A DNA stretch of 64,000 nt from Amoebophrya sp. A120 (lineage: Eukaryota > Protista > Dinoflagellata). A program made the translations under genes and the position numbers. The notes beneath the pieces were generated by a model, which was given only the letters and a program-made list of their open reading frames with translations, did no database searches and had not been told where the DNA came from. This document shows, piece by piece, positions 1-11,958 of the stretch (its first letter is position 1; each line of letters opens with the position of its first letter). The stretch is taken from positions 1,440,094 through 1,504,093 of the forward strand of contig CAJINV010000010.1 of assembly GCA_905178155.1 (NCBI GenBank). Direction: 5' to 3'.

Positions 1-118
1 TACCTCTTCCACCATTTGCAACTGCATCACATTTACGACCTTCTGTTTTCTTCTCAGTGAAAGTTGTGACTCAATTCTTACTTCTACGCCCGATGCTAGT
101 ACTCTTTAGCAATGCATA

Positions 119-1466
119 CTTGGAGTGTTTCGCGCATTTCCAGAAACACGGGAAGTTCGGGATTTTGGAACCAATAGAGAAGAACCGAACCTCGGCCTGG
201 GAACCGTTTGTCGACGCGATTCTGCAGCTATCGAGGGAAAGAAATAGAGTTATCGTACTTGTAGTACTGGTGGCTGTCATGCATGACAAAAAATCTTATG
301 CGTGTGCTCGTGCTGTCATATTTTGCATGGAGTCTTTCAACATTACTTGTTGAGAAGGCTCAGAAGATCACTGCGAAGATGAGCCTTTACGTACGTACGA
401 TGCCAGTTTTCCGATGCATATGAGCAGGGCGAAAACGATATCAAATGCAAATATGTCTGAGTTGTCTGGAAGGGTGCAACGTCTGTCATGCACATTTTAC
501 CTGACTCCTGATGTCTGTGATGCATGCCCTAGCATCACAGATTTTATGAGGGCTTCCTGCTGCCTATACCGCATGAGAAATGCCCTCCCGCCGTGGCAAA
601 AACTGAACCTCTTTTGCTGTTCATGCAATACAGATTTTTGTAGTTTCCAGAGTCAGCATCTTCACAAGTTCTAGACCCAGACATATTTGCAATGCATAAA
701 CGACATGAAGCTGGTCACGTCAAAGGACAAGGACGGGGCGGCCTACGTGAGTCCGGAGGGGAAAGAAATGACAGCAAACGAGTACTGGCGGCAGAAAAAA
801 TACGACGAGTGCATGTTTAAATTTGAAGACGACGCGTATAACTTCGCCAAACAACGCTACAAACTGGAACTTCTCCGGTTGAACCGCGGCCACGACAGCA
901 TGGACGGTGGAGCGCTGTGGTTGGGCAGAGCATTGATTTGCAAGGACACGGTATATGCTACTGTAGTAGTTGTTTCGTGTTGATTTCTCAGCGTATTGTG
1001 TTTGTCGTTTGATGTAGTAATAGCGAATATATTGAGTTTTTTCATTCTTTGTAGCTTACACGCATAAAGTTGTTCGTAGGCATCACGCACAAGCGCAACT
1101 TTTGCTCTGAAAAGGAGCTGATTTTACATGTTTTATGATGCAGTTTCTTGATACAAGTGTGATTTCTGAAAATTTACATTTCTGCAAAATGTCGTTTATT
1201 TTCCCATATGCATCAAAACGCAGGTATGGCTCGCGTTGTGGGGCAAATCCATGAATCGGTTCACCGTGGTGTTGGATACGCTGCGACAGCGAAACGTGTT
1301 CTGTGACACGCGGATGGAGTATCGACCCCCGGTGGTGCTGCCGAGGCCCTTCATGCAGCTGACGCTGAACCACACCGAGCGACCCGAGGTCTTGAAAGAA
1401 TTGGTGAATTTTGCGCTGAACGGGTTGCCAATACACGTCGTGGACCTGCGGGACGGTTACAACTGA
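119..1466 (+). CDS. 3' part of an intron-containing gene of unknown function (5' end outside window)
   Basis: Removing the introner 439-698 plus one AACGA gives YEQGENDMKLVTSKDKDG...ICKDT. A GT-AG intron then leads to the last exon VWLALWGKSMNRF...DLRDGYN*. The start coordinate is approximate: a family A end (GCAATGCATA) finishes at 118. Confidence 0.55.
439..698. mobile_element. Introner family B
   Basis: TATCAAATGCAAATATGTCTG...CAGACATATTTGCAATGCATA; DR AACGA. Confidence 0.9.
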
Positions 1467-2934
1467 AGAAAAGTTTGTTAACATTCGCGAATAGAGTAAG
1501 CATTAGCCACATGATGCTGTTCTGTTTCGGTTTGCTTTATGGAAGATTGATGTAGAACAAGCGAGCTCTACTTTGTGGTTTCTGTTACTCCACCTTGTAC
1601 GAACTACCTCATTGAACTTTCGAACTACTACTAGAGAATACAATAGCTGTCCTGTGACGTACACGTATCTCTACTTTATTTTATCAAGCTTCGTCCGACG
1701 TATAATCCACCTCGTTTTTACCTTCTTCTCTCGAACTTGTGATTTCCCCTTTTACCGCTTCGTCCTGTGAGGAATACGTAAATTGCTGCACTCACCACAA
1801 AGCAGACGTATTTTATGTGCCGGATGTGGACGAGAGCGAGAGCCGGAGAGCTGCGACTGCGAGAATCCTGAGTTTACCAACTTTATTCTTCTTACTAAAC
1901 TACCCAGAAAAATTATCGTGCCTGTCGCCCCTCGCTCTCGTGCTCTCTGTGATACAGAACTGATGTCATGTATAAGTACTACCCGATATTACAGTTCAAC
2001 TACTCAAGGACTCTCGACGAATATAGATGAAATGGTAATCTTCATCTTCGACTGATGATGTAGATGGCAGCCGACAGAACTAGAGGCGTAGCTCAGGCGG
2101 CCCTCCAGGAGGGTTCGCGTCGACGTGGTCCCCTCGTCGTTTGTTCATGTTGCTCCACCTGCAGATGTCGTTGCTTTTGCTAAGTACAACTGTAGTTCCT
2201 GTTCGCACTGTGCATAAGATGCCGTTGCTTTACTTGTGTCCACCTTCATCGAGAGACTTCTTCTTCTTCTTCTTTCGTGGGCGGCGCCGGCAAATTTACA
2301 ACAAGAAAATGAAGTACAAGCAGCACTACCGCAGGATGAGAGACACCTACCCGAAGATCAGATTCAAGTGCAAACGGGTCGACGAGCCTGTATGAAGAAA
2401 AAAATATGGGGCTGAAAGACAAAGAAGTTGTAGCTGTGGTAGTGGTCGGTGTCTCTCTTCCGCTGTTGCGTACGAACAAAAAAAAAAGCCGGTGAGAAGT
2501 ATTATCGCGACGGCGACTTGTTTTCATTCAAACACGTATCAAAGATAATCGATCTTTCTGGGTGTCGTGGCAGGAGCTGCAGCACGCAGCTCCATGATCT
2601 TGTTCTATGTCAAAGTAGACGAATAAATTTGTGCGATCAGCAGCAGGTAGTGCTGCCCAAAAGGATAAAGTAGATCCGGATCTTATCAATCATCATGTTC
2701 ATGATCAGAGAAAATAAGAAGTGCAGCATCTCACAACCACGCGACAGAATCTTGATCTTCAGAAGAAAACTCGGTAGAAATGTGACTACAACAAGTTGTC
2801 GTGCGTGAGAGAAAAACAGATCGAAATCCTCCCAACCCATGTGACAGACTACGAGATCAACCTTACGCTTCACGATCATTATATCTACGAACAACTCCAT
2901 TGGCTCCAGCATTTTGTCACCTTCGGTTTCTCAA

Positions 2935-3255
2935 CATCTGCGAACACTATTGTCTCTCAGAATCTGTCAAGAGCTATTTCTTCGTCCAACTACACAGGCT
3001 TTAAAGCGTAGTTGTTGATGTCCGCCAATAGTACACTGTGGTACTTAGTTGTTTTTCTTCGCTGAACAAACTTTTTGTGATAGTACTTACTCAAAAACCT
3101 ACTTCAAAACTACGCTTGAAATCTACGAAAAAATATAATTTCCGAGAAGTCGTGTACTGAAAAGCATTTTATCGGTTCTTGTATTCAAATCATAGTTTTT
3201 TTCTTGGTACTAGCCGCGTTGGCTGTTGTATCTTTTCATCGACTTTTCGATCGAC
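2935..3255. repeat. Upstream non-coding block duplicated at ~7110-7430 (part of the tandem gene duplication)
   Basis: Shared strings in the same order, such as CTACACAGGCTT, TCCGAGAAG, CATTTTATCGGTT, TTCAAATCAT and ATCTTTTCATC, upstream of both paralogues. Confidence 0.7.
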
Positions 3256-3394
3256 ATCAGAGTGGATCTTGTTCACACGACAACAACATAATTTATTTGA
3301 CAAAGTCGCGGGGTAGTGGACCACTCGTCAAAACTACTAAAGGTGTACACAACATCTTCAACCGATTGCCTAATTGCAACAACCAGGTCGAACA

Positions 3395-5474
3395 ATGGCG
3401 CAGCCTCGTTCTGCCGGCAAAATTATGCCCTTCTTCAACTCGTTCCTCGCCGGTTGTCTGACGAGTTTTGCGATGCTCGGTCTTGATACAGCTTCTGCTG
3501 CGGGTGGTCCGGGAGGTGCAGGTCTGCCCATGCAGGCGTTGCGCCGCAACCGCAACTCGTCGCCGCGGTCTCGATCATCTTCTGGGTCGCCGGCTCGCGC
3601 AGCAGCTGCCGCGAGGCGAGGAATTGCTTCTGCTGCAGCCGCCCCCTTCTACCCGCCGAGCAAAGATGATATCGTGTCGAGACTCGCCGAAGCCTTTCAG
3701 ACGGGACTTGATAGGGCAAGAACCAGCCAGCTGGCGAAATTTGTGCGTGGACCCGGGGACCTGGACCCCGCTGCGAAGGAGGTCCTCAAGTCCTATTCTG
3801 AAGAGGGTTGGGACCTCGAGGTGCTGTTGCGTCTGTATGGTTACATCGAGGAGGGGAGTTCAGATCGCGGCGGCGATGTAGAACAACACGACCAACAGGA
3901 GCAAGCAGATCGAAAGAACAAGCCCAAGTTCAGGGCCTTGGAGATTAGCTACAAACCAAAACAAGAACGGCTACCGTTTCAGAAGCCAGGTCGAAGCTGG
4001 GTTTGGCTCCGCTATTTGTGGGAACAAAATGCAAAAAGGGGGAAGCAAGAAGTTGTGCCACTGGCTTTATCTAATTTCACCCGCGGCCCCGTTGGGGGAG
4101 TAGAAGTAAATGCTCCTCCTATTACGTCACGCCTGGAAGTGGTCCGAACCACTGGTGACCTAGATGCGGTCGAGGAGGAGAAAAAGGCGTGGGGTTATGC
4201 CCTCAGGCAGAAGCCGCAGTTCGGCACGAAAACCGTTCTGCTGGACAACACGAAATGGGGGCAGCCGATCAATAGCAAGTTTCAACTCGACAATCAAGGA
4301 GAAATATCCCAGGTAAAAAACAACACGTGCCCGCCCCCTGCGCTACAGACTTTGGTAGTAGGCAACTTTGCATAGCCGGCCCGAGAAGCGTTCGCTCCTC
4401 TCGCAGGAGCCAGCGTTCATTAAGAGCCTCACGCAGCAGCGTTCATGATAATGAAGGGCAGTCATTTTTTTATTGTATATTTATGGTGCGAGTGGGGTTA
4501 GAATTTCTATTTCTCATTCTCGACATCTCAGGAGAAGCACGAACTCGGTATGTATCGTTGTAGGATGTGCTGATGTGTTGATGTGGCGCCGTCTGCACTA
4601 GCTATTAATCACGAGTTCTACGGTGCGAGCTGAAAGTTCCTGCCGCGCGTATCGCTACCCTTCGCCGCTTCTTGATTTGAATGGCAATAGGCTGAACTAC
4701 TTCTGCCTATTTGAAGACTTCTCCCGACGGGGGGGGAAGTAAGTACGTTTTTGCTTGGGATGAAACTTTGATCTGGTTTATGTCCGCAATGTTGGGTGCT
4801 TCTGTGCGAAGTCGGGCATTTTGTGCGGTTTCGTGGAGGACGAGGAGAGCTCGGGAAAACCGAAAAAGGCTAAGACATGCGCGCACTTCGAACGTATGTT
4901 ACACGCTGTCATGGACATGCTGAGACCGGGCGGCATTCTAGTTTTGCTCCAGGAGCACAAAAGAGCAATATCTCGGCTCGCCGAGGTTCGAGGACATCTT
5001 CATCTGGGCTCGGAGGCATCGCAACAGGCGCAGCGAAAAGCTGACGGCAGCAGCCTCTCGGATGAGGTTGCTACCTCATTGAAGGATGTCCGGAACCTGG
5101 TTGCGGATCAGGTGCAGCTGTTCCATGACATTGTGAAGCCACAGACTTAGGCTGGAGTCTACATGGAGGCCGAAATTACGATGGGAGTTGTCCAACCCAA
5201 TGAAGACTTCTCAAAGGAGTCGCTTTTCCCTGGGGTGGTCGTCTACCAGGCGTTAATCGCGCAAAAGAAGCAAGACCCTGAGGATTATGCAGCCCCGGGC
5301 TCGTCGTGGTTGGAGCAGAGTGGGTCGAACAGCGATACGGCGGCAGGATTCGGTAACCTTTCCTGGAGAACCAGAATGCCAGATGATGGGGCGCTGGAGG
5401 AAGTCGCAGTCAGTAACGTGGTCGGGAAAGTCGGAACAAAGGGATCACGGCGCCCCAAGAAAGGACGAAATTGA
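3395..5474 (+). CDS. Secreted protein with class I SAM-methyltransferase-like C-terminal region, paralogue 1 (in-frame TAG at 5148-5150, possible pseudogene)
   Basis: Hydrophobic N-terminus MAQPRSAGKIMPFFNSFLAGCLTSFAMLGLDTASA; FDLVYVRN and LHAVMDMLRPGGILVL resemble methyltransferase motif II and post-II; collinear with the 8665-11958 copy. Confidence 0.55.
4305..4762. mobile_element. Degenerate long introner-like element
   Basis: TATCCCAGGTAAAAA...TTTTTGCTTGGGAT; interrupts DNQG/NFDLVY, which is contiguous in paralogue 2; exact ends uncertain. Confidence 0.6.
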
Positions 5475-7635
5475 ATTGTTTGCACCCCGTGTCGTGCAGA
5501 TTGAAAGCAGCTTCGGTGTCGGCAGAATCAATTAGTACAGGGGCGGCGACTACACGTCGTTCAAATCTCAAAACACAGCTCCAGACCGGAGGCATGTGGT
5601 GAGACAGCTGTCCGTGAGTAATATTACTACTCACGGGCAGCTGTCTCTCTTCCTACTTCCACTTATATTTAGCCGCAATTTATCTACTATTCATTCCTTC
5701 ATTGATTCTTCCTTGCTTTAGTGCTTTCATCGGGCACTGAAATTGATGATGGTGCAGATGACGACTTCCAGAGGAAAAAAGGGCTCAACTCATAACGTTG
5801 CATTGTGCTAGCAATGTTGGTCCTTGCAGCTTGCATAAAACCGAAAGCGTTGTAAACTATATCTATGTATATTGCTTAAACCCGAATAAAGCGTTGTAAA
5901 CTATAAGGAGGAAAACTAGATGAGTCCAGCTTTTGGTAAAACGCGTTGCGTTTGTTTTTCCCCAAATAGAAGACACGACAGGTTGCTGCTTTCTTGACTA
6001 CCCATACCTGGATTTTGTTTTTCAGAGGACAAATACATTCTTACTGTACAGCAACATTAGAAGCATGTCACGTTGTATTGCTGGATTTGTTTTCCAGAAG
6101 ATACAAAGCTAGATATTTATTTCAGCATTTCGCGCCACGTATGATTTGGATCTGTTTTCCAGATTATACTGCGAAGTTTTGCATGTCAAGTAACAAGAGC
6201 TCCTCACTTTTGTACACAAACTGTTTTTAGATAGCGGTCACTGTTGACCACGTACTACTGCGCAGTCTATTAGAGGTCATTGAAAGTAACTTCTATTGTG
6301 AGTACGGCAGTAGAATTACGGGGATGCTGAAAAATATGAGGACGAAATGGCAAAGTCTCTCTGAAGCTGTCTGATGAAAAATGGCAAGTCAAATTCCCAG
6401 TGTATTCCTCATGCGGATAAGCATAAGCTTTCCAAACCTCATCTTCCGGCCAGCACAATAAGTAGCCTGGATCTTCTTCCACAAGGCACCTATGTTAAAG
6501 GAAAAGGTGTCGGAGGTGTTCTGCATTTGATTTTCGGCCAAAGATCATCTTGTCGGGTTGGTCACTTCTCCTGTCACTCTCGAAAATAAACTACCGGTCG
6601 CGGGCGTGGAGTTCCTGCGAAGATCTTCTTCTATGGTCGGCCGAGGTCAAAAATACAGTACTCCGGATCCTCATCAGGACGAGAATGCACTGCACAACAC
6701 AGAAGCAGAAAAGTTCGGTATGAAAATGGGCAGTTTTCATGGCTTTGGGTAAGCAGGAGGAGCAAAGAAAGATCGAAATGCGAAATCTGTGGGCCTATTG
6801 GTCAAACCAAGACACTACTCGGTACAAAGTTAGCAACTCACGACGATGACGCAAATGATGAGAGCGATCAAGGACCTAATAAAGTGATGACGTTCTACGC
6901 CAAGAATGACGACACTAAAACACGAACCACGAACATCAGGCCCCTGATGATCCTAGTGATTAGCCCCGCAATAGTCAAGTCTTGAGCTACCCAAAATAGG
7001 GTCAATTTACACGCGACAGCGCCGGCGTTCAGAGCACGAGACAACAAAATCGATCAAGAAAATTACGTAAACCAATAAAGATCATAGTGCGTGGTGATCA
7101 TTGTCGTGGGGGTCTCTGCGAATACTACATGAACCACTGTCGTCCAATCTTCAACCTCCTTGTCCACCTACACAGGCTTCAGCATAATTGTCTGCCACTA
7201 CACTAAGGTAGTAGTTTTGCTCCTTCACTGAAAAAACGCAAACTCTTTCTATTTGTGACACACATCAAAACCTAGAACTATTTTTGAAATCGACGAAAAA
7301 ACAAATCTCCGAGAAGAAAGAAGTCGTCTATCGCAACATTTTATCGGTTGCATTCAAATCATCGTTTTTTTTCCTCGGTAGCCCCCCCGGCTGTTGTTGT
7401 AATCTTTTCATCAATTTTTCTATCGACTACATCGAGGTTCTTCGCACCTTGTGACTCTTGGTGCATCAGCTCTCCTGCGGTGAGCAATCAAACCAGTTGA
7501 AATTCTAATTTACTTTACCGAAGGAACCAGAACCAGTCTTGCATAGAGCTTAGTTCTTCTTGAGCTTAGTTCCTTTTGAAGCAGAAAAAATCTATACAAA
7601 GCCGCGAAGTCGACTCGGTCGACTCGTCTACATCA

Positions 7636-8342
7636 CTAGCTATTATCCGTGTGACCGCAGTATTTGTAATCGAACGCAGCCGCGTTGCTTTCTGTAGCCA
7701 GGACCACAGACTCTAGAGCAGGGGGCGGGCGTGAGTGGGAAAGGAGGCAAAGGGGGAGGGAGCGAGCGGGGGAGGTGGGGGGCCGCAGCGCAGAAAGGGG
7801 GAAGCCGGAGGGGGGGGAAGGGCAGGCAGCAAGTGGGAAGGGGAGGAGGGTGGAAGCCGGGACGGAGGTGCCAAAGAGAAGGAGAAAAAGCACCCAAGAA
7901 GGGCGAAGAGGAAAGGGCGAAGAGGAAAGGGCGAAGAGGGGCAAAGAGGTGCAAACAGGGAAAAACGCTGTACGAGAGGGCGGAACAGCAGGGGGAAACC
8001 GGGGGAAATGCGAAAAAGGACGGCCGTGCCGGGGCAGAGAGAAAGGCGGAAACCGGGAGCAGGCACCGTTGATGGGGGTTCGTGGGGTTCGGGCCTCACG
8101 GGGACGCGAGAGTCCCGGTGAGAGGGAGTCTCCGGTCGTGGGGTTCCCAGGTGATTTTCGGTTACAAGGCTATGGCGTACTGCTTCACAGGACGAGGGTT
8201 CCGAAGGAAATAAATCCGTGCTCCACAGGGAGAGGAAGCTTCTTGGACTCCCGACCCGGGCCCGGCTTCTCCCCGCCCCCCGGGATCCCCCCCTCCCCGC
8301 CCCCGGAACCCCGGGGTCCCCCCCTCCCCCTCCCCCCCCTCC
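7636..8342. mobile_element. GC-rich, purine-skewed insertion flanked by a perfect 44-bp direct repeat
   Basis: CTATACAAAGCCGCGAAGTCGACTCGGTCGACTCGTCTACATCA at 7592-7635 and 8343-8386; abrupt composition change; no counterpart upstream of paralogue 1. Confidence 0.7.
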
Positions 8343-8405
8343 CTATACAAAGCCGCGAAGTCGACTCGGTCGACTCGTCTACATCATTAAAACAAACAGA
8401 ACATC

Positions 8406-8611
8406 TATGGAGAGAAAAAAGTTTGTCACAATCACTAACTTGCAGGTTATGCATTACAAATTTTCTTAGCATCACAAATTTTCCTTGTATTGCAGAAACA
8501 CTAGGGAAATCCCTAATGAAGTTTGGCTGTGATGCATTTTTACGCATGACAAAAAATTTTGTATTGCAAAAATGCGCATGAGTGATCGTGACGAACTTTT
8601 TTTGTTTGATA
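8406..8611. mobile_element. Introner (H-like) upstream of ATG 8665, probably in the 5' UTR
   Basis: TAT...AAAAAAGTTTGTCACAATCACT / AGTGATCGTGACGAACTTTTTT...GATA; DR ACATC. Confidence 0.8.
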
Positions 8612-8664
8612 ACATCATCACTCGTTTCTCTGCCGTATTGGAACAACTACCTCCAGGAAGAAAA

Positions 8665-11600
8665 ATGACGCAGCCTCGTGTTTTCGGCAAAATGCCCATC
8701 AGATCGTTGCTCGCCGGCTGTCTGACGGGTTTTGGTTTTGCGCTGCTCGGTCTTGATGAAGCCTTTGCAGCGCAACATACCCCGGGAGAAGGAAATCCGG
8801 CCATGCCGCTGCCGCGGCGCAGCTCCTCGAGGTCTGGGTCGCCGCGGCGCAGCTCCTCGAGGTCTGGGTCTTCATCTCGGCCGCCGCCTCGTCGCTCGTC
8901 CTCGGCCCGCCGTCGTGACCCGCGGTCTCCCCCGGCGCTCGGCGGGGACGACACCGTCTCGCGCCTCGCTGAAAAGTTCCGGTCCGGACTAAAAGAGGCG
9001 ACCAACGATATGGCCTGCTTCGCTGGAACTACAGTGATCTACTCAATGGATCCATTCAAGTATGCCGACCACGTCTTTTTATATGTCTTGCATGTAGGGC
9101 GGAAGATTTTTCCGAGCCAGCCCCCTGCAGTTCATTTTGCATCAAGGTGGGTAGAAGTTCTTTTCTTGCGGCAGGACCACAAAAGTCGCCAGGTATAAAT
9201 AGTTGGGTCTTGTTCATCATCCAGGAATCACGTTCCATTTGAGATCATTGCTCATGTTCCCGCTGAGGCCGCTATAACGCAGTTCGGTAAGTACGTGCGA
9301 GCGCCGGGAGTCATCAGCACGTCGGGCGGAGCACCAGTCACTGACGGGAAGGCTACGTACCAAAACTTGGCTGAGATTTCCAGGGCCTTCCACACACAGA
9401 AATGGGATATGGGATTGTTGATGGAGGTGCACCGCCACATAGTCCAAGGCGTTTCGGCTGCAAAGGAAGCGGACAGAAAATTTCGCGCCCTAGAACTAGG
9501 TATGGATCCTCAGAGCGATATCCTCAAAAATATAGGCCCATGATCCCCATTCAATTGATCTGCCATCGACAAATCATGCTTCAAGAAGTTCAGGCCGCCT
9601 GAACTTCTTGAAACATGAGTCAGGCCTTAGAAAGTGGATGGGGATCCGGGTGTTTTTTCCTGGATAGAAAAGCGGCTGCCTTTTACCGTTCGCGGCCGCA
9701 CACCACGTGCCTGGCGCCGGTGGACCACCTGGTTGGAGCGGGGGACGGATCTGAGGGACTCGCTGACCCACTACGCTACTTCTGTATGCGTTGCAAATAT
9801 GTAGTCTGTGTCTGGAACAAAGAACTTGTGATGCTGAGTCGTACAGGGGTATTAAGACTCGCTTTTTTTCCCACGCTCTCTTGTGATATGAATGTAGTGC
9901 GCATTGCATCAAGCTGCTTTCTTTTTGCTTGATAAAAGAGGTGCCGTTTGTGTTGGTTAAGTACAAAGCAGCAATTCTGGAGGCGTGCAAAACATCAGTC
10001 AACGCAACCTTATCATTTCCCGGCCCAGGCATTTTTGCATCTGATAATCCGTACTACCCGACGATCTTGCCGACTCGTTTGAAGTCGTGCGCACAGTAGG
10101 GAGCTATCCAGTACGAAAGGGTCGTACTCGTACTACTTGCATGAAAAATACATGTTGACACATGTGGTTTGTTCCTTCTTGGACGATGCGCGTCGTGACG
10201 AAATCCATTTTTGCTTTTCAAATGATTTTTCGTGTTGTCACTTACACTTAGTGCGACGAGGATGATCCTTTCCCATGCATACGAGTCAAGATGAGCGGAA
10301 ATTTTGTGCCGAGCACCAGGGCACCGCAGAGACGCGCACGGTACGGCTCGATAACCGGCAATGGGAACAGCCGATCAACAGGAAGTTTCAGCTCGACAAC
10401 CAAGGCAAGTTTGACCTGATCTACATCCGCAATCTCGGGTGCTCCTGTGACTCAGCACATGGGGGCTATCCTGAGGCGGAAGCTGCGGAACAAGGCGGGA
10501 TAAAAATTTGTGGCTTCGAGGAAGCTCTCCAGCCACATTGCTCGACGATGTGCGGTTTCATGGCAACACAGTACGGGAAAACGCGTCACGGGCGGAAAGA
10601 CTCGGAACACTTGGAAGCTATGTTGCACTCTGTCATGGACATGCTGAAACCGGGAGGGATTCTCGTTCTGGCCCAGCAGCATAAGGGAGCCCTGACTCGG
10701 CTTCACAAGGTTCGGGACTTCGGGGAGAGCCGTTCCTCGTTATGACAGTGCACAACTCCCCCTCGTTCTTTTTTCTCATGCAAAGTAGCAAATCCACGCT
10801 TTCCCTCCTGTCACTATTATGCATGACAAGCTCTACTGGTAGCCCAAATAGCACTACAATCTAGTGTAGATTTGCCATGCAAAACCGGCACTCGTCTTGC
10901 CGATGCTTGTATTGCGGTTCATGCTATACAAATGAGGGGGAGGGGGGGCTGTGCACTCTCATACTCGTCCTGGCAGTACCAGGAGCATAAGTTGCAGGAA
11001 AAGGGGTATGCATTGCAAAAGTATCTTCGGGTTAGAATTATTTCGTAGTGATTCAACCACTGTGATAGTGATTGTATTGCAAATTAGCAGCTCAGGAGGA
11101 TTACTCCCAAATGGAATTTTTTGCACTGCGGATTTAGTAGTACTAAATCCGCACAACTACCCAGCTAATAAGTAACTCATGCATCTGGATCTGCATGACG
11201 ACCACTACGAATACTAGTACCAGTACGATAGTTTTGCAATGCATAAGGGGGCTGCAGCTGGAGCTGGACTGCTCACATCCCAGAGCGAAGAGGTACCTTC
11301 CTTGGAAGTTAGTAGAGCGAAGGACCAGCAGACGCATGCGTAACATTGCCACTAAAGCGTCTTCGTGGTCTACATATTTGTATTTCGTGAGTAGGTCAAA
11401 CTGGGAGAACGCGGAGGCGGACTGCGTGAGTGGCTACGCCGCCGCCGCCTGTATCGTCGCTCGTTCGTTTCCACCTGGGAAGAAGCTTTTTATTTTGTAT
11501 TTGTTTCTTTTTCATCAACATGAGAATGCTATATCAAGAATATCAAGAATATTAAAATGTTGCTGCACATAATATGACCTACAGCCCCATCATGAATAAA

Positions 11601-11958
11601 ATAATGATCTGATATAAGTACTACAAGCACAACTACCTGCAAAAATCATAAATCTGAACAGGCAGCGAAGCCTTTCCGTGACCTGGTGGCCGAGCAGACA
11701 CAGCTTTTCCGTGACATCGTGAAGCCCAAGGTGTCGACCGGTTTCTACATTCAGGCCGAGATTACGACAGCGCTTCCTGCTGGCCCAAGAGGGCTTCTCC
11801 CCGGGATGGTCCTTCAGCAGGTGCTGATCGCGCAAAAAAAACACCTGGAGGTAGTACCGGACGAAGCCCTGGCCTCGTGGACGGAACAAACCGCGTCGAA
11901 CACGGAGGCGACAGCAGAGCTCGGCAAATTGGTTTTTCACGAGGTGCCCATCCCCTGA
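8665..11958 (+). CDS. Secreted methyltransferase-like protein, tandem paralogue 2 (multi-exon)
   Basis: MTQPRVFGKMPIRSLLAGCLTGFGFALLGLDEAFA; LDNRQWEQPINRKFQLDNQGKFDLIYIRN; LHSVMDMLKPGGILVL; LFRDIVKPKVSTGFYIQAEIT all align with paralogue 1. Internal exon boundaries are only partly resolved. Confidence 0.6.
9531..9666. mobile_element. Introner family D (degenerate left end)
   Basis: Ends GGTGTTTTTTCCTGGATA; DR AAAAA/GAAAA. Confidence 0.65.
10741..10963. mobile_element. Introner family C
   Basis: TATGACAGTGCACAACTCCCCC...GGGGCTGTGCACTCTCATA; DR CTCGT. Confidence 0.9.
11007..11245. mobile_element. Introner family A
   Basis: TATGCATTGCAAAAG...TTTTGCAATGCATA; DR AGGGG. Confidence 0.9.

Noticed and set aside
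2141-2395. Short basic ORF ending RQIYNKKMKYKQHYRRMRDTYPKIRFKCKRVDEPV
   Set aside because: It looks exon-like, but no start, splice structure or family could be assigned.
5844-5906. Duplicated AAAGCGTTGTAAACTATA
   Set aside because: It is a simple two-copy local duplication in intergenic DNA with no further structure.
7636-8646. Several overlapping 100-300 aa ORFs on both strands
   Set aside because: They are low-complexity G/R/P/E translations of a GC-rich insertion, with no domain motifs.
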